A DNA stretch of 64,000 bases from Desulfobacteraceae bacterium (GTDB lineage: Bacteria > Desulfobacterota > Desulfobacteria > Desulfobacterales > SKZT01): the NCBI GenBank assembly GCA_011389745.1, contig JAABTQ010000006.1, positions 45,475 to 109,474 on the forward strand, written 5' to 3'. Of the stretch, positions 1-9,743 are shown one piece after another. The translations under genes and the position numbers were made by a program. Each line of letters starts with the position of its first letter. Position 1 is the stretch's first letter. The notes under the pieces are model-generated. The model was not told the DNA's origin. It worked only from the letters and a program-made list of their open reading frames with translations, and did no database searches.

Positions 1-31
1 GCAATTTATCAAGTAGAGAAGGAATATCATA

Positions 32-1153
32 GTGGGCAATCTCATAGAAAAAAGAATAGAAATTTTTAGAAAAAATCTTGAAAAAAACAATCTGGACACA
101 TTCATGGTTCTGGTAGAGCAAAACCGATACTATTTGAGCGGCTATACCGGTGAGGACACTCAGTTTGATGAAACCGCCGGAGCCCTTTTTATTAAACCTG
201 ATCAACTTGTGTTAGCAACCGATTCCCGTTTCGATCTGCAGGCAAAACACGAATCACCCCTGTACGAAGTCATCACTTACAAAAAAGGCCTTGAAAAAGA
301 AATACCGACTATTGCCCAGAAATTAAACACTAAACGCATGGGATTTGAAAGTATACGGCTCTCATTCCTGCAATATCAGAAAATCCGAAAAGAACTTGAT
401 GAACAGAGCCAGCCTGACGTAAAACTTATGGCTACAGAAAACATGGTTGAAAACATGAGAATGATCAAGGAAGAATCTGAGATTGATGCATTGAAAAATG
501 CACTAAAAATTGCCGAGGATGTATTTTATGAATTCATTCCCCATTTAAAGGCCGGTATGACTGAAAAGGAGATTTCCTGGTGGATGGAAAAACAGCTGCG
601 GGAAGCGGGCGCGGATGCGTTATCTTTCCCCTCCATTGTGGCATCCGGACCCAACAGTGCTCTTCCCCATGCAATCGTTTCGGACAGAAAAATTAAGGAA
701 GGTGAGCCCGTACTATTTGATTGGGGGGTTAAACTGAAAGGATATTGTTCCGATATTTCTCGAACCATTTTTTTGGGTACCCCTGATCACACGTTCAGGA
801 AAATTTTTCAAACCGTTTACGATGCTCAGCAAAAAGCCATTGAAGCTATAAGGCCTGGAATGACCGGAAAACAGGTGGATCAAGTGGCTCGTGAACATAT
901 TGACGGCACGGAGTTTAAAGGAAAATTTGCACACGGCCTGGGCCACGGCACAGGGCTTGCCGTACATGAAAACCCACGATTAAGCCCGCTGAGAGAGGAT
1001 TTACTAGAACCGGGCATGGTGGTCACAGTTGAACCCGGCATTTATATTCCGGGATGGGGCGGAGTTCGCCTGGAAAATATGGTTGTGGTTCGGGACTACG
1101 GTGCTGAGGTGCTCAATAAAACCGATGCATCCAAATTTGAAGTGCTGGATTGA
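32..1153 (+). CDS. Xaa-Pro aminopeptidase/dipeptidase (M24B family)
   Basis: Creatinase-like N-domain (NRYYLSGYTG); M24 metal ligands in DWGV..GYCSDISRT, HGLGHGTGLAVHE, TVEPGIY and GVRLE. Confidence 0.93.
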   Translation: MGNLIEKRIEIFRKNLEKNNLDTFMVLVEQNRYYLSGYTGEDTQFDETAGALFIKPDQLVLATDSRFDLQAKHESPLYEVITYKKGLEKEIPTIAQKLNTKRMGFESIRLSFLQYQKIRKELDEQSQPDVKLMATENMVENMRMIKEESEIDALKNALKIAEDVFYEFIPHLKAGMTEKEISWWMEKQLREAGADALSFPSIVASGPNSALPHAIVSDRKIKEGEPVLFDWGVKLKGYCSDISRTIFLGTPDHTFRKIFQTVYDAQQKAIEAIRPGMTGKQVDQVAREHIDGTEFKGKFAHGLGHGTGLAVHENPRLSPLREDLLEPGMVVTVEPGIYIPGWGGVRLENMVVVRDYGAEVLNKTDASKFEVLD

Positions 1154-2049
1154 AAATGACTCCGGATACCCTTGTTGACCGGTTCATCAATTATCTCATG
1201 GTTGAAAAAGGTCTTTCAGCCAATACCATTGAATCCTACAGTCTGGACCTGGCAAGGTATCTGGATTTTTTAAAAAAAAGCGGCATCAATGAAATATCAG
1301 ATGAAGATACATCTCATATCTTAAAACATCTGATCGCATTAAGAAAAGAGGGCCTGAACGCCAGATCCAGGGCGCGGCATCTTGTGACTCTCAGGGGGTT
1401 TTACAAGTTTTTGGTTCAGGAAAAGATTATCACCCATGATCCTGCCCAAATGGTGGATTTGCCGAAACTGGGTCTTAAGTTGCCGGATTTATTGTCTGTC
1501 GAAGAAATTCAGGAACTTTTAAAAATTCCGGACCTGACAACCCTTAGAGGTCAAAGAGATGCCGCCATGCTGGAACTGCTCTATGCGGCCGGTTTACGAG
1601 TTTCGGAACTGCTTCAGCTCAAGATTCAGGATATCAATTTGGAGGCCGGGTTTGTAAGGGTTTTTGGAAAAGGCTCGAAAGAACGTATTGTTCCTATCGG
1701 AAATTTCGCCAGAGAAAAAGTACGGGATTATTTAACCTATGGAAGACCTTTTTTACTTAAAACCTACCAGAGTCGCTATCTGTTTGTAGCAAGAGCCGGA
1801 AAACCAATGACCCGTCAGGGGTTCTGGAAACTTGTCAAGCAATACGCTTCAAAGGCCGGACTTCATAAAAAAATCACTCCCCATAGTTTTCGGCATTCCT
1901 TTGCCAGTCATCTTCTGGAAGCCGGTGCAGACCTGAGATCGGTACAACTGATGCTGGGTCATGTGGATATTTCCACAACCCAGATTTATACTCATGTGGC
2001 GAAGGAGCAGCTTCAAAAACTCCATGAAAAATATCATCCCAGAGGATGA
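1150..2049 (+). CDS. xerD: Site-specific tyrosine recombinase XerD (start may be ATG 1156)
   Basis: LYAAGLRVSEL, GKGSKERIVP, MTRQGFWK, TPHSFRHSFASHLL, LGHVDISTTQIYTHV and C-terminal HPRG are XerD signatures. Confidence 0.92.
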   Translation: MKMTPDTLVDRFINYLMVEKGLSANTIESYSLDLARYLDFLKKSGINEISDEDTSHILKHLIALRKEGLNARSRARHLVTLRGFYKFLVQEKIITHDPAQMVDLPKLGLKLPDLLSVEEIQELLKIPDLTTLRGQRDAAMLELLYAAGLRVSELLQLKIQDINLEAGFVRVFGKGSKERIVPIGNFAREKVRDYLTYGRPFLLKTYQSRYLFVARAGKPMTRQGFWKLVKQYASKAGLHKKITPHSFRHSFASHLLEAGADLRSVQLMLGHVDISTTQIYTHVAKEQLQKLHEKYHPRG

Positions 2050-2072
2050 TAACCAAAAGCAACTTTTTTGCC

Positions 2073-2164
2073 TGTCATTTCGAGGGAGCAACTATAGTTG
2101 GCCCGATGGTTTAAAAGAAAATATTTTCAATATTTTGACTGAATCCCGGGCGACCAAAGAGTCT
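2073..2164 (+). repeat. Left half of dispersed MITE/REP-like repeat (family A, copy 1)
   Basis: TGTCATTTCGAGGGAGC...TTAAAAGAAAAT...GCGACCAAAGAGTCT aligns by eye with 44617-44710. Confidence 0.65.
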
Positions 2165-2189
2165 TTTGCCACTGCCTGAAATTTTTTTA

Positions 2190-2978
2190 TTATTCCCCGA
2201 CCATGGAAATCAATTCTGCGGTAAAGGAACCGACCGGCACTTTACTTTCAACCCTGACCGGAATTCGCCGGTCATCGGCGGTCAGCCAAACCCGAATTTT
2301 CGCATTCTTTACTTTTTCAAAAACCCCGCCGATCTCTTCGATGTCAGGCTCTAGAAGGTATGTGTCAAATACCCTGCTTTCAATGGTAATGTATTCCCTT
2401 TTAACAATATTGGCTTTGCCGATGATGCATTTTTTCCCATCAGTAACCGGGACGACGATTTCATCAATCTGATCAAGATCTTGTAATCGTGCAAAATACA
2501 CAAGTGATAGCGGGTCGAGAGTACCGGGTAAAATATCCACAGGCGGTTTTTGTATACCAAAGTTGGAATATCCGGCCTGGTTTGTATCCCAGTCAAACTC
2601 AACAATGATATCTCTTCGGGTACGGCCTTCCCTCTGGTTTTTCCGGTAATAATAAGATCGTGTGAAATCCATTGCCACATAAGAACTGATCGTGTCTCGA
2701 ACCTTGTAAAATAAATCCAAAAAGGGATAAGAGGTTACCTTTAATTCAAAATGATAGGCATCCTGTCCGTTAACTTCCCGAAAAGGAAGCACTGACAATA
2801 CACCCTCACCCACAGGAATGATTCCCCATTTGATTCCATAAATCAGCGTTTCTCCAGGGGAAAAGGGGAAAGTCTTTTTTGTAGCATGGGTTGTTGATGA
2901 AAATAATAATACCCCGCAAACCACAAATATTAAAACATACCGGAATTTTTGAAATATATTTTTATCCGTCAGATTCAT
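2190..2978 (-). CDS. DUF3108-domain exported protein
   Basis: Signal-peptide-like N-terminus; PFSPGETLIYGIKWG, LDPLS and VWLTADDRRIPVRVESKVPVGS resemble DUF3108. Confidence 0.75.
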   Translation of the reverse strand: MNLTDKNIFQKFRYVLIFVVCGVLLFSSTTHATKKTFPFSPGETLIYGIKWGIIPVGEGVLSVLPFREVNGQDAYHFELKVTSYPFLDLFYKVRDTISSYVAMDFTRSYYYRKNQREGRTRRDIIVEFDWDTNQAGYSNFGIQKPPVDILPGTLDPLSLVYFARLQDLDQIDEIVVPVTDGKKCIIGKANIVKREYITIESRVFDTYLLEPDIEEIGGVFEKVKNAKIRVWLTADDRRIPVRVESKVPVGSFTAELISMVGE

Positions 2979-2990
2979 GGGTTTGAACCT

Positions 2991-3728
2991 TTACCATTTT
3001 TCTCCGGTTTCTCGTTTACGTTTTCTTTCTTTTTTCCAGGCAATATCTTTTCTTCTCTTACGATATTCCTGCTTTTTGCGTTCTTTTTCCGGTGAAAGGT
3101 CCGGCATATAACTACCCGGGGTCGGATCTACCTTTATATCGGAGGCCACCTGTTTTTTATTTATTGGTTTTTCTTTGGGAAGCGCAGGACCTGTAAAACA
3201 CCCGACGGGTATTGTATCGGCCAGATAAATTTTCTGCCCCACCTGGTGGAAATCCTGACCCTGCTCAATTGATTTCGCTACCTGGACGGTCAACATTACC
3301 GGTTCTTTATCAAAACGCTTGCCTATCCGCGTGGCCATTTCTGAATCAGAAGCCAAAACCACCTGGGTATTGCCCACGGGGAAAATGCCCTTTTCCATGG
3401 TAAACTGGTGAGCTTTTTGGCGTACACAAGTATAGAGAAGTTTTGGAGGTTGAACAGCCGGGACTATTCCCGGAAGATGTTTCCGGTCTGTGGCACGAAT
3501 TAAATGATCGCAAATTTCAAAAGGCGGCTCCGGCGAAGTTAAAAGAATTTCATCAAGATCAGACCGGCGAATATGGCGAAAATCGGTTTCTTCGCAAAGG
3601 GCCTTGAGAAAGTCCTTGATTTTAATGTATCCGTTCTCATCCGGCACGAGTCCGAAATCATGCGGTTTTCGCCCAAGCAGATATGCCATAAACTTTGATA
3701 GATGTTTCAGGGATTTCTTAACGGCCAT
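2991..3728 (-). CDS. RNA 2'-phosphotransferase (KptA/Tpt1)-like protein, catalytic motifs degenerate
   Basis: LSKFMAYLLGRKPHDFGLVPDENGY, IRAT, PPKLLYT, A..IGKR..KEPVMLTV and YLADTIP follow the KptA layout; very basic C-terminal tail. Confidence 0.75.
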   Translation of the reverse strand: MAVKKSLKHLSKFMAYLLGRKPHDFGLVPDENGYIKIKDFLKALCEETDFRHIRRSDLDEILLTSPEPPFEICDHLIRATDRKHLPGIVPAVQPPKLLYTCVRQKAHQFTMEKGIFPVGNTQVVLASDSEMATRIGKRFDKEPVMLTVQVAKSIEQGQDFHQVGQKIYLADTIPVGCFTGPALPKEKPINKKQVASDIKVDPTPGSYMPDLSPEKERKKQEYRKRRKDIAWKKERKRKRETGEKW

Positions 3729-3777
3729 GAGTCAAATTTAGTCCGGTTCATTTCCGAAGCATTTGTTTTATTTTTAG

Positions 3778-3965
3778 CCCCCACCCTGCCCCCCCCCCGC
3801 TGGGCTGGTCATAAAACACACATGACACAGGGGAGTTTTAAACAGCTTGAAGATCCTAAATTCTCCGTCATGCCGGACTTGATCCGGCATCCGGAAAAAC
3901 CAGCTTCCTTAATCCGCCTGGATAGCGCTGAAACGCTTAACTTCGTGCCCGGCCTTCGCCCATTA
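3778..3965. repeat. Fragments of other palindromic repeat families
   Basis: CCCCCACCCTGCCCCCCCCCCGCTGGG at ~3778-3804; GTCATGCCGGACTTGATCCGGCATCC at ~3867-3892, a hairpin ATGCCGGA/TCCGGCAT. Confidence 0.55.
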
Positions 3966-4170
3966 GCAAAGGCTTTGAAGAAAATACTTTACTGCATGCC
4001 GGTAAAGCCACGGAGACCGAAGAATCTCCGGTATAAATCGGGGGGATATTCAAAGTTGACCTGGAAGATGGCAAATGGAAAAACCGATTCAACAAAAACG
4101 AAAGATTCTTCGTCGGCCAATGATTGCCTGCCAAACAACAGAGTTTGGTGTCGGCCTCCTCAGAATGACA
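3966..4170 (+). repeat. MITE/REP-like repeat family A, copy 2 (left end lost)
   Basis: 3966-4064 matches the reverse complement of 45892-45988; ~4103-4170 (AGATTCTTCGTCGGCCAA...GGCCTCCTCAGAATGACA) matches ~44785-44851. Confidence 0.85.
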
Positions 4171-4391
4171 AGCTTTGTGCCTTTCCCCAACTTGAAATAT
4201 TCTATTCATTATCTGCAATTACTGCAAGAACATTGGATAAAAATTCATGCTTATTCAAAATTTTCGGACAACAGATTTGGTTTTTTCAAAAAGCATGATG
4301 TTTCAGACCTTGACCATGACTTAAGGGTTTGATATTGATTCCCTTAATATTTCAGGAAAAGCCAACCTTTTTCATCCCATGGAAAGGAAAT

Positions 4392-5684
4392 ATGCCGATT
4401 ATGATAACTAAGAAATCCCAAGCACTTTTTGAACAAGCTGTAAAAAGAATTCCCGGAGGTGTCAATAGTCCGGTACGAGCATGCCGATCGGTCGGAACGG
4501 ATCCAATTTTTATCGATCGGGCACAAGGATGTTACCTTTTTGATGCGGATGGAAACCAGTATATAGATTATGTAGGCTCATGGGGACCCATGATACTTGG
4601 GCATCGTCCTCTTGGGGTTATCAGGGCGCTTTCCCATGTGTTGAACCGGGGAATCAGTTACGGTGCGCCCACTGATCTGGAAGTTCATTTGGCCGGTATG
4701 ATCATTGATGCGGTCCCATCTATTGAGATGGTCCGTATGGTCAATTCCGGGACGGAAGCCACCATGAGCGCAATTCGTTTGGCTCGGGGTTTTACCGGTC
4801 GTGATACGATTATCAAGTTTGACGGATGCTACCATGGGCATGCGGATACATTGCTGGTGACAGCAGGTTCCGGCATTGCCACACTCGGTATTCCCGGAAG
4901 CCCTGGTGTTCCTGAAGGGTGCGTCAAACATACGATTTCTCTTCCATATAACAACATAGAAAAGATCAGGGAATTCATGGAGCAGCGCGGCGATGAGGTT
5001 GCCTGTATCATCGTTGAGCCCGTTGCCGGAAACATGGGCCTTGTGGCACCTGTCCAGGGATTTTTGGAAACGCTTCGGGAGTTGACCCACCAACATAACA
5101 GCATCCTTATTTTTGATGAAGTCATGACCGGTTTTCGAGTTGCGTTTGGAGGTGCCCAATCGCTATATAACATTACCCCGGATCTGACTTGTCTTGGAAA
5201 AATCATCGGGGGTGGGCTACCGGTAGGAGCATATGGCGGAAAAAAAGAAATCATGTCCAAAATTGCTCCCCAGGGTGATATCTATCAGGCGGGCACCCTA
5301 TCCGGAAATCCAGTAGCCATGGCTGCCGGAATCGCAACTCTGGAACAAATCAAAGCCCCGGGGATTTATGAACGATTGGAAGAAAAATCCGGTCGTCTGG
5401 CCAACGGGTTAAGAAAAATAGCTGAAAAAGCCGGCATACCTGTTTTTGTCAATCGTGTCGGTTCCATGCTGGGGATGTTTTTTACAGACAGCAATGTCCT
5501 GAATTTTGAAGACGCCAAAACCAGCGACTTACAAAAATTTACCGCTTACTATCAGGGTATGCTCGAAAGAGGCATTTATCTTGCCCCGTCTCAATTCGAA
5601 GCCTTTTTCCTATCCACTGCTCACGAGACCAAAGATATTGAAAAAACCCTGGAGGCCGCGCAAGAGGTCTTTGAGCTGTTATAA
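4392..5684 (+). CDS. hemL: Glutamate-1-semialdehyde 2,1-aminomutase
   Basis: [54 protein letters not shown]; start chosen after RBS AAGGAAA. Confidence 0.97.
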   Translation: MPIMITKKSQALFEQAVKRIPGGVNSPVRACRSVGTDPIFIDRAQGCYLFDADGNQYIDYVGSWGPMILGHRPLGVIRALSHVLNRGISYGAPTDLEVHLAGMIIDAVPSIEMVRMVNSGTEATMSAIRLARGFTGRDTIIKFDGCYHGHADTLLVTAGSGIATLGIPGSPGVPEGCVKHTISLPYNNIEKIREFMEQRGDEVACIIVEPVAGNMGLVAPVQGFLETLRELTHQHNSILIFDEVMTGFRVAFGGAQSLYNITPDLTCLGKIIGGGLPVGAYGGKKEIMSKIAPQGDIYQAGTLSGNPVAMAAGIATLEQIKAPGIYERLEEKSGRLANGLRKIAEKAGIPVFVNRVGSMLGMFFTDSNVLNFEDAKTSDLQKFTAYYQGMLERGIYLAPSQFEAFFLSTAHETKDIEKTLEAAQEVFELL

Positions 5685-6512
5685 CAACGCCCGGAACTTT
5701 TCGAGTAGTATTTCCAGACCCACGGTGCTCTTCTGCTCCAAAAAAAGACCGCCACTTTTTACGGCCGGAACGAAAAATGGGCTTTGCTCGATATTGATAT
5801 CGATGATGGGTTTTAAGTTTCGAAATACCTCGTTGACAATCTGGTTAGGAAGGTTGGTCGCACCCGAAGTGCCTGCAACGACCAGAAGTCCTGTCTCACG
5901 GGCAGCTTTTAGAGAACTGTAAAGACGGTAATAATTTTCATTATAGGATTCATCGAACCAAAGCACATGTGGTCTGACCGGGCCCGAACAATCCGGGCAT
6001 TTGAGCAACCCGCGATCCTTTTCTGTAAAATGATCGCCTTTGTTTTTACCATCTATTTCGAAAGGCAAAGGGTAAACACGCTCCTTGCACTCCGACACGC
6101 ATCTCATAAAAAAAATATTTCCGTGAATCTGCCAGGTTCTTTCAGGGCTGTTTCCTGCAAGAAGATGCAGGTTGTCCACATTTTGGGTAATCAGCGTAAA
6201 TTGATCCCCAAGCATTTGCTCAAAGGCGACCAAAGCCAGATGACCGGAATTTGGAAGTGCCTTTTTACAAATTCCCATCCGATAAAGATACCATGTCCAA
6301 ACCTCCTCAGGTCGCTGTTGGAACATTCGATAAGTGGCCATCTCCTGAGGATGATAGTTATTTGATCCTACTTTCCAATATCCCTCAGGTCCTCTGAACG
6401 TAGGGATGTTGCTTTCAGCAGAAATTCCGGCGCCGGTCAGAAAGGTTAACCGGCTTTTTGTTGAAAGAAATCCTTCAACAATTTCTTTTAATCTGTCTAC
6501 CATGGTTGTCAT
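5679..6512 (-). CDS. Sir2/CobB family NAD-dependent deacylase
   Basis: [28 protein letters not shown], zinc Cxxx[18 protein letters not shown]; start ATG 6512 or 6503. Confidence 0.92.
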   Translation of the reverse strand: MTTMVDRLKEIVEGFLSTKSRLTFLTGAGISAESNIPTFRGPEGYWKVGSNNYHPQEMATYRMFQQRPEEVWTWYLYRMGICKKALPNSGHLALVAFEQMLGDQFTLITQNVDNLHLLAGNSPERTWQIHGNIFFMRCVSECKERVYPLPFEIDGKNKGDHFTEKDRGLLKCPDCSGPVRPHVLWFDESYNENYYRLYSSLKAARETGLLVVAGTSGATNLPNQIVNEVFRNLKPIIDINIEQSPFFVPAVKSGGLFLEQKSTVGLEILLEKFRALL

Positions 6513-6543
6513 TTTCCAAACTGGAAAATCAGGAGCGAATCCC

Positions 6544-6747
6544 TCAGCCCGCAGGTTTGCACTTCGGGGGAGCAAAGCCTCCCGATCCTTTGGGAATGCC
6601 TGATGGGCGAACTGATGCGGCAGAAATTAATTTTTGCACATCACCGCAATCACACCTGGGGCATTTCGGCTCAGCATGGTGTGCTGAAAAAACAATTTCC
6701 TCAAAGCAATGGCAACAAGCTTTGCACTGGTATTCATAGATTGGCAT
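6544..6747 (-). CDS. FmdB-family zinc-ribbon protein (possible UGA readthrough, see findings)
   Basis: MPIYEYQCKAC...FE...CPRC...KLIS signature; RBS AAGGAGG. Confidence 0.88.
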   Translation of the reverse strand: MPIYEYQCKACCHCFEEIVFSAHHAEPKCPRCDCGDVQKLISAASVRPSGIPKGSGGFAPPKCKPAG

Positions 6748-6889
6748 AACATCCTCCTTGATCTTTTTTCAGCCTATAATAGTTTTTTTGTCAATTAAGT
6801 CAATAGGGCCAATTTTTAAGTTACTTGACAGCCTGATGTCTTTTGGTTAGCTTAAAAAATCTGAATTCTTCATTCTTGTTATCTATAGC

Positions 6890-7138
6890 ATGAACTTTTT
6901 TAAAAAGGAGGTGGGAAATGAAGATATTACTCATCTTTCCTCCATAGATCGCAAAGGAATTAGCGATGGAAAAGCATATAAAGGGATGACCAAAGATGGT
7001 GTGAGAATCGCTCTTGGATATCCTGCTGTCCATCAAACACCTTCTTTGGACAACAATACGTGGACCTATTGGAAAAACCGATTCACGACAACGGTTGTCG
7101 AATTCGGAAATGACGGCAAAGTCATCTCGATACGCTAA
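6890..7138 (+). pseudogene. Probable 5'-truncated outer-membrane lipoprotein (SmpA/OmlA-like C-terminal domain)
   Basis: GMTKDGVRIALGYP...TW.YW motif without signal peptide or lipobox; in-frame TAG at 6848-6850 upstream. Confidence 0.5.
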
Positions 7139-7157
7139 CAAAAAACACCTTAATACC

Positions 7158-8204
7158 ATGATTTTAACAAATGGCGATGAACAGCCAAACGGTTTGGATA
7201 TATGGATTTACAAAGCATCCCGGGGTATCAATAGAGGTAATTCCATTTTAGCAGCAACACAAACCGCCCGGCAAAAAGGAAAATCTCATTTATTAATTCT
7301 GGAAAATGATGAATCCTACACCGCAGATGATTTACAAAAAATCTTCTCTCATGTTCAGAAGTTTCCTGATGCGATTATATCAGGCAAACGCAACTTCATA
7401 AACACAAATGAATCATGGTCACACCATTCATGGCGGCAATTATCCAATTTCTGGTTTCGCCTTCAAACAAAACAGGCTCTCAAAGACTCCACCTGCAGCC
7501 TTAGAGTTTATCCGATTTATATATTCAATCACCTGAAATTGTATCAGAAAGGATTAAGTTTTGAAGTTGAAGTTTTAGTGAAATCTTCCTGGGCAAATAT
7601 TGCGTTAAAGGAGGTGGAACTTGGCCAATACTATCGTTCGCCACACCACAGGGGAAACTTTATTAAAAGACTTTTGCAAGTTTTTTATATCACGATACTG
7701 AATTTGCATTACACCATGAGATCCATTACTCCCATTCCCCACCGCACAATCGTTAGGCCAAAAGAATATGGTGAAAATATATCTCTTCGTCCGCTTCAAT
7801 CCCTGAAAGCTCTCCTGACCGAAAATAAATCTCCAAAACAGTTGGCGGCTGCAGGCGGTCTGGGAGTCTTTTTGGGAACATTACCTCTTATCGGTTTGCA
7901 TACCATGCTTATTTTGTTCACATCCAACTTTTTTCGACTCAACAAGGTAGCCGCAATCAGTGCCAGTCAATTGTGTATGCCGCCCATAGTACCGGCACTG
8001 TGCATTGAGGCCGGTTATTATATCCGCCACGGCACTTTTCTAACCGAAATATCTCTGGAAACTATCGGATATCAGGCATTCGAGCGTCTTTTTGAATGGT
8101 TCATCGGCTCTCTTGTCCTGGCTCCTTTGTTTTCAATTATTATCGGCTTTGCAATTTATCTGACAGCCAAATTGATTAAAAGTAAGAAAAGACAGATTGC
8201 TTGA
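7158..8204 (+). CDS. GT2-like/DUF2062 fusion membrane protein, GT domain shortened and degenerate
   Basis: GT2-like NRGNSILAA..LILEND, LKDSTCSLRVYP and FEVEVLVK, then DUF2062 (SPKQLAAAGGLGVFLGTLP...RLNKVAAI). Confidence 0.7.
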   Translation: MILTNGDEQPNGLDIWIYKASRGINRGNSILAATQTARQKGKSHLLILENDESYTADDLQKIFSHVQKFPDAIISGKRNFINTNESWSHHSWRQLSNFWFRLQTKQALKDSTCSLRVYPIYIFNHLKLYQKGLSFEVEVLVKSSWANIALKEVELGQYYRSPHHRGNFIKRLLQVFYITILNLHYTMRSITPIPHRTIVRPKEYGENISLRPLQSLKALLTENKSPKQLAAAGGLGVFLGTLPLIGLHTMLILFTSNFFRLNKVAAISASQLCMPPIVPALCIEAGYYIRHGTFLTEISLETIGYQAFERLFEWFIGSLVLAPLFSIIIGFAIYLTAKLIKSKKRQIA

Positions 8205-9682
8205 TTAAAACTCCGCCACATAACCATTATCTTGCAACCCCTCCCCGGAAAAGATTGCGCATCGTGCTGGTTCACCCGGCCGGATCCAACTGGATCCCAG
8301 GCAAAAAAGATATCACCGTCATTGCCAACCGAATGGCCCCTTTAGGTCTTCTTTCCATTGCAGCCTATCTTAAACAAGAAGGGCACGCGGTATTTGTCCA
8401 TGATTGCTTAGGCCCCGGAGCAGTTACTGATCATATTGCAAACATAAAAAAAATACTTGAATACAGACCGGATATTGTTGGATTTTCGGCCACAACTTCC
8501 GGCTTTTTGGATGGATACCTCATGGCCGAATCTATTAAAAAGGCCAATAACCAGGTCCGAATCATTTTCGGAGGTGTTCATATTTCAGCTTTGGGCAAAG
8601 TATTGCTTGAACAATTCAAGAATATCGATTTTCTATGCATGGGCGAAGGTGAGATAACCCTTTCGCAACTGGCTTCCGGAAAAGATGTATCAGCCATCGA
8701 CGGCCTGATATGGAAAGAAGGCAATCAAGTGCGAACCAATCCGGTTCGCAGTCAAATTGCTGATCTGGATACACTCCCCTTTCCGGCGTATGAAAACCTG
8801 GAAGGATTCCCACGGGGGTATCATCTTCCTCTTTTCAGCTATATCCGATCTCCCGGATCCACCATGGTGACCAGCCGGGGCTGTCCGTATCAGTGTTCCT
8901 ACTGCGACCGATCGGTTTTCGGTCGCGGGTATCGTTATCATTCGGCCCAATATATTTATGAACACATGCGTTATCTTCGTAACCGATTCGGGATTCGCCA
9001 TATCAATATTTACGATGACCTTTTTACCATGCACCAAAAGCGGGTTGAAAGTCTTTGTAAGCTTCTGACTTCAAAACCGTTGGGAATTCAATTTAACTGC
9101 GCCGTGCGTATCGGGCACGCCGATGATCAATTGCTGAAAAAGTTAAAGGATGCCGGGGCACTCCAGATTTCGGTCGGCATTGAATCAGGCGATCAGAAAC
9201 TTTTAGAATGTCACAAGCCGGGTGTTTATCTTGATGAAGTCAGAGACACCATCAATCGCATTCAAAAAATTGGACTGCGTGCAAAAGGGCTTTTCATGAT
9301 GGGACTTCCGGGTGAAACTGTGGAATCGATTAAAAAAACAAGCGACTTTTTAATGTCACTTGGTTTGGATGATATGAATATGTCCAAATTTACTCCTTTT
9401 CCCGGTGCACCTATATGGAAAACCATACTTGAACATGGAACTCTCGACAATGACTGGTGCAAAATGAACTGTTTAAATTTTGTTTTTGTTCCGAAAGGTA
9501 TTGACTCCAAAGAAACACTTGATCAGTCGTACAACCAACATGTCAAAAGGTTTTATTCTGATGGCCAATGGCGAAAAAAATTTCGGGGACGTTTGTGGGA
9601 ACATCGTGGCAGTATCCGGCATTTTATTCAACATATTCCCACATTCCTTGAGGCACGGCGTACTTTTGAACCTAAAAATTAA
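8201..9682 (+). CDS. Cobalamin-binding radical SAM protein
   Basis: PLGLLSIAAYL, IFGGVH, GEGE, SRGCPYQCSYC (CX3CX2C), GIESG, GLPGET, TPFPG. Confidence 0.92.
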   Translation: MIKTPPHNHYLATPPRKRLRIVLVHPAGSNWIPGKKDITVIANRMAPLGLLSIAAYLKQEGHAVFVHDCLGPGAVTDHIANIKKILEYRPDIVGFSATTSGFLDGYLMAESIKKANNQVRIIFGGVHISALGKVLLEQFKNIDFLCMGEGEITLSQLASGKDVSAIDGLIWKEGNQVRTNPVRSQIADLDTLPFPAYENLEGFPRGYHLPLFSYIRSPGSTMVTSRGCPYQCSYCDRSVFGRGYRYHSAQYIYEHMRYLRNRFGIRHINIYDDLFTMHQKRVESLCKLLTSKPLGIQFNCAVRIGHADDQLLKKLKDAGALQISVGIESGDQKLLECHKPGVYLDEVRDTINRIQKIGLRAKGLFMMGLPGETVESIKKTSDFLMSLGLDDMNMSKFTPFPGAPIWKTILEHGTLDNDWCKMNCLNFVFVPKGIDSKETLDQSYNQHVKRFYSDGQWRKKFRGRLWEHRGSIRHFIQHIPTFLEARRTFEPKN

Positions 9683-9743
9683 TGGTAACTTAAAAAATCA
9701 TAATTCATCAAAAAATGACTATATGAAATAAAGAGAAACAGAA

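Noticed and set aside
1150-2049. Tyrosine recombinase as a prophage or island integrase
   Set aside because: It carries XerD-specific motifs in a housekeeping context, with no att sites or phage genes.
3702-4332. ORFs 3702-4298 (+), 3937-4218 (-) and 4075-4332 (+)
   Set aside because: They run through the repeat mosaic and show no protein motifs; probably chance frames.
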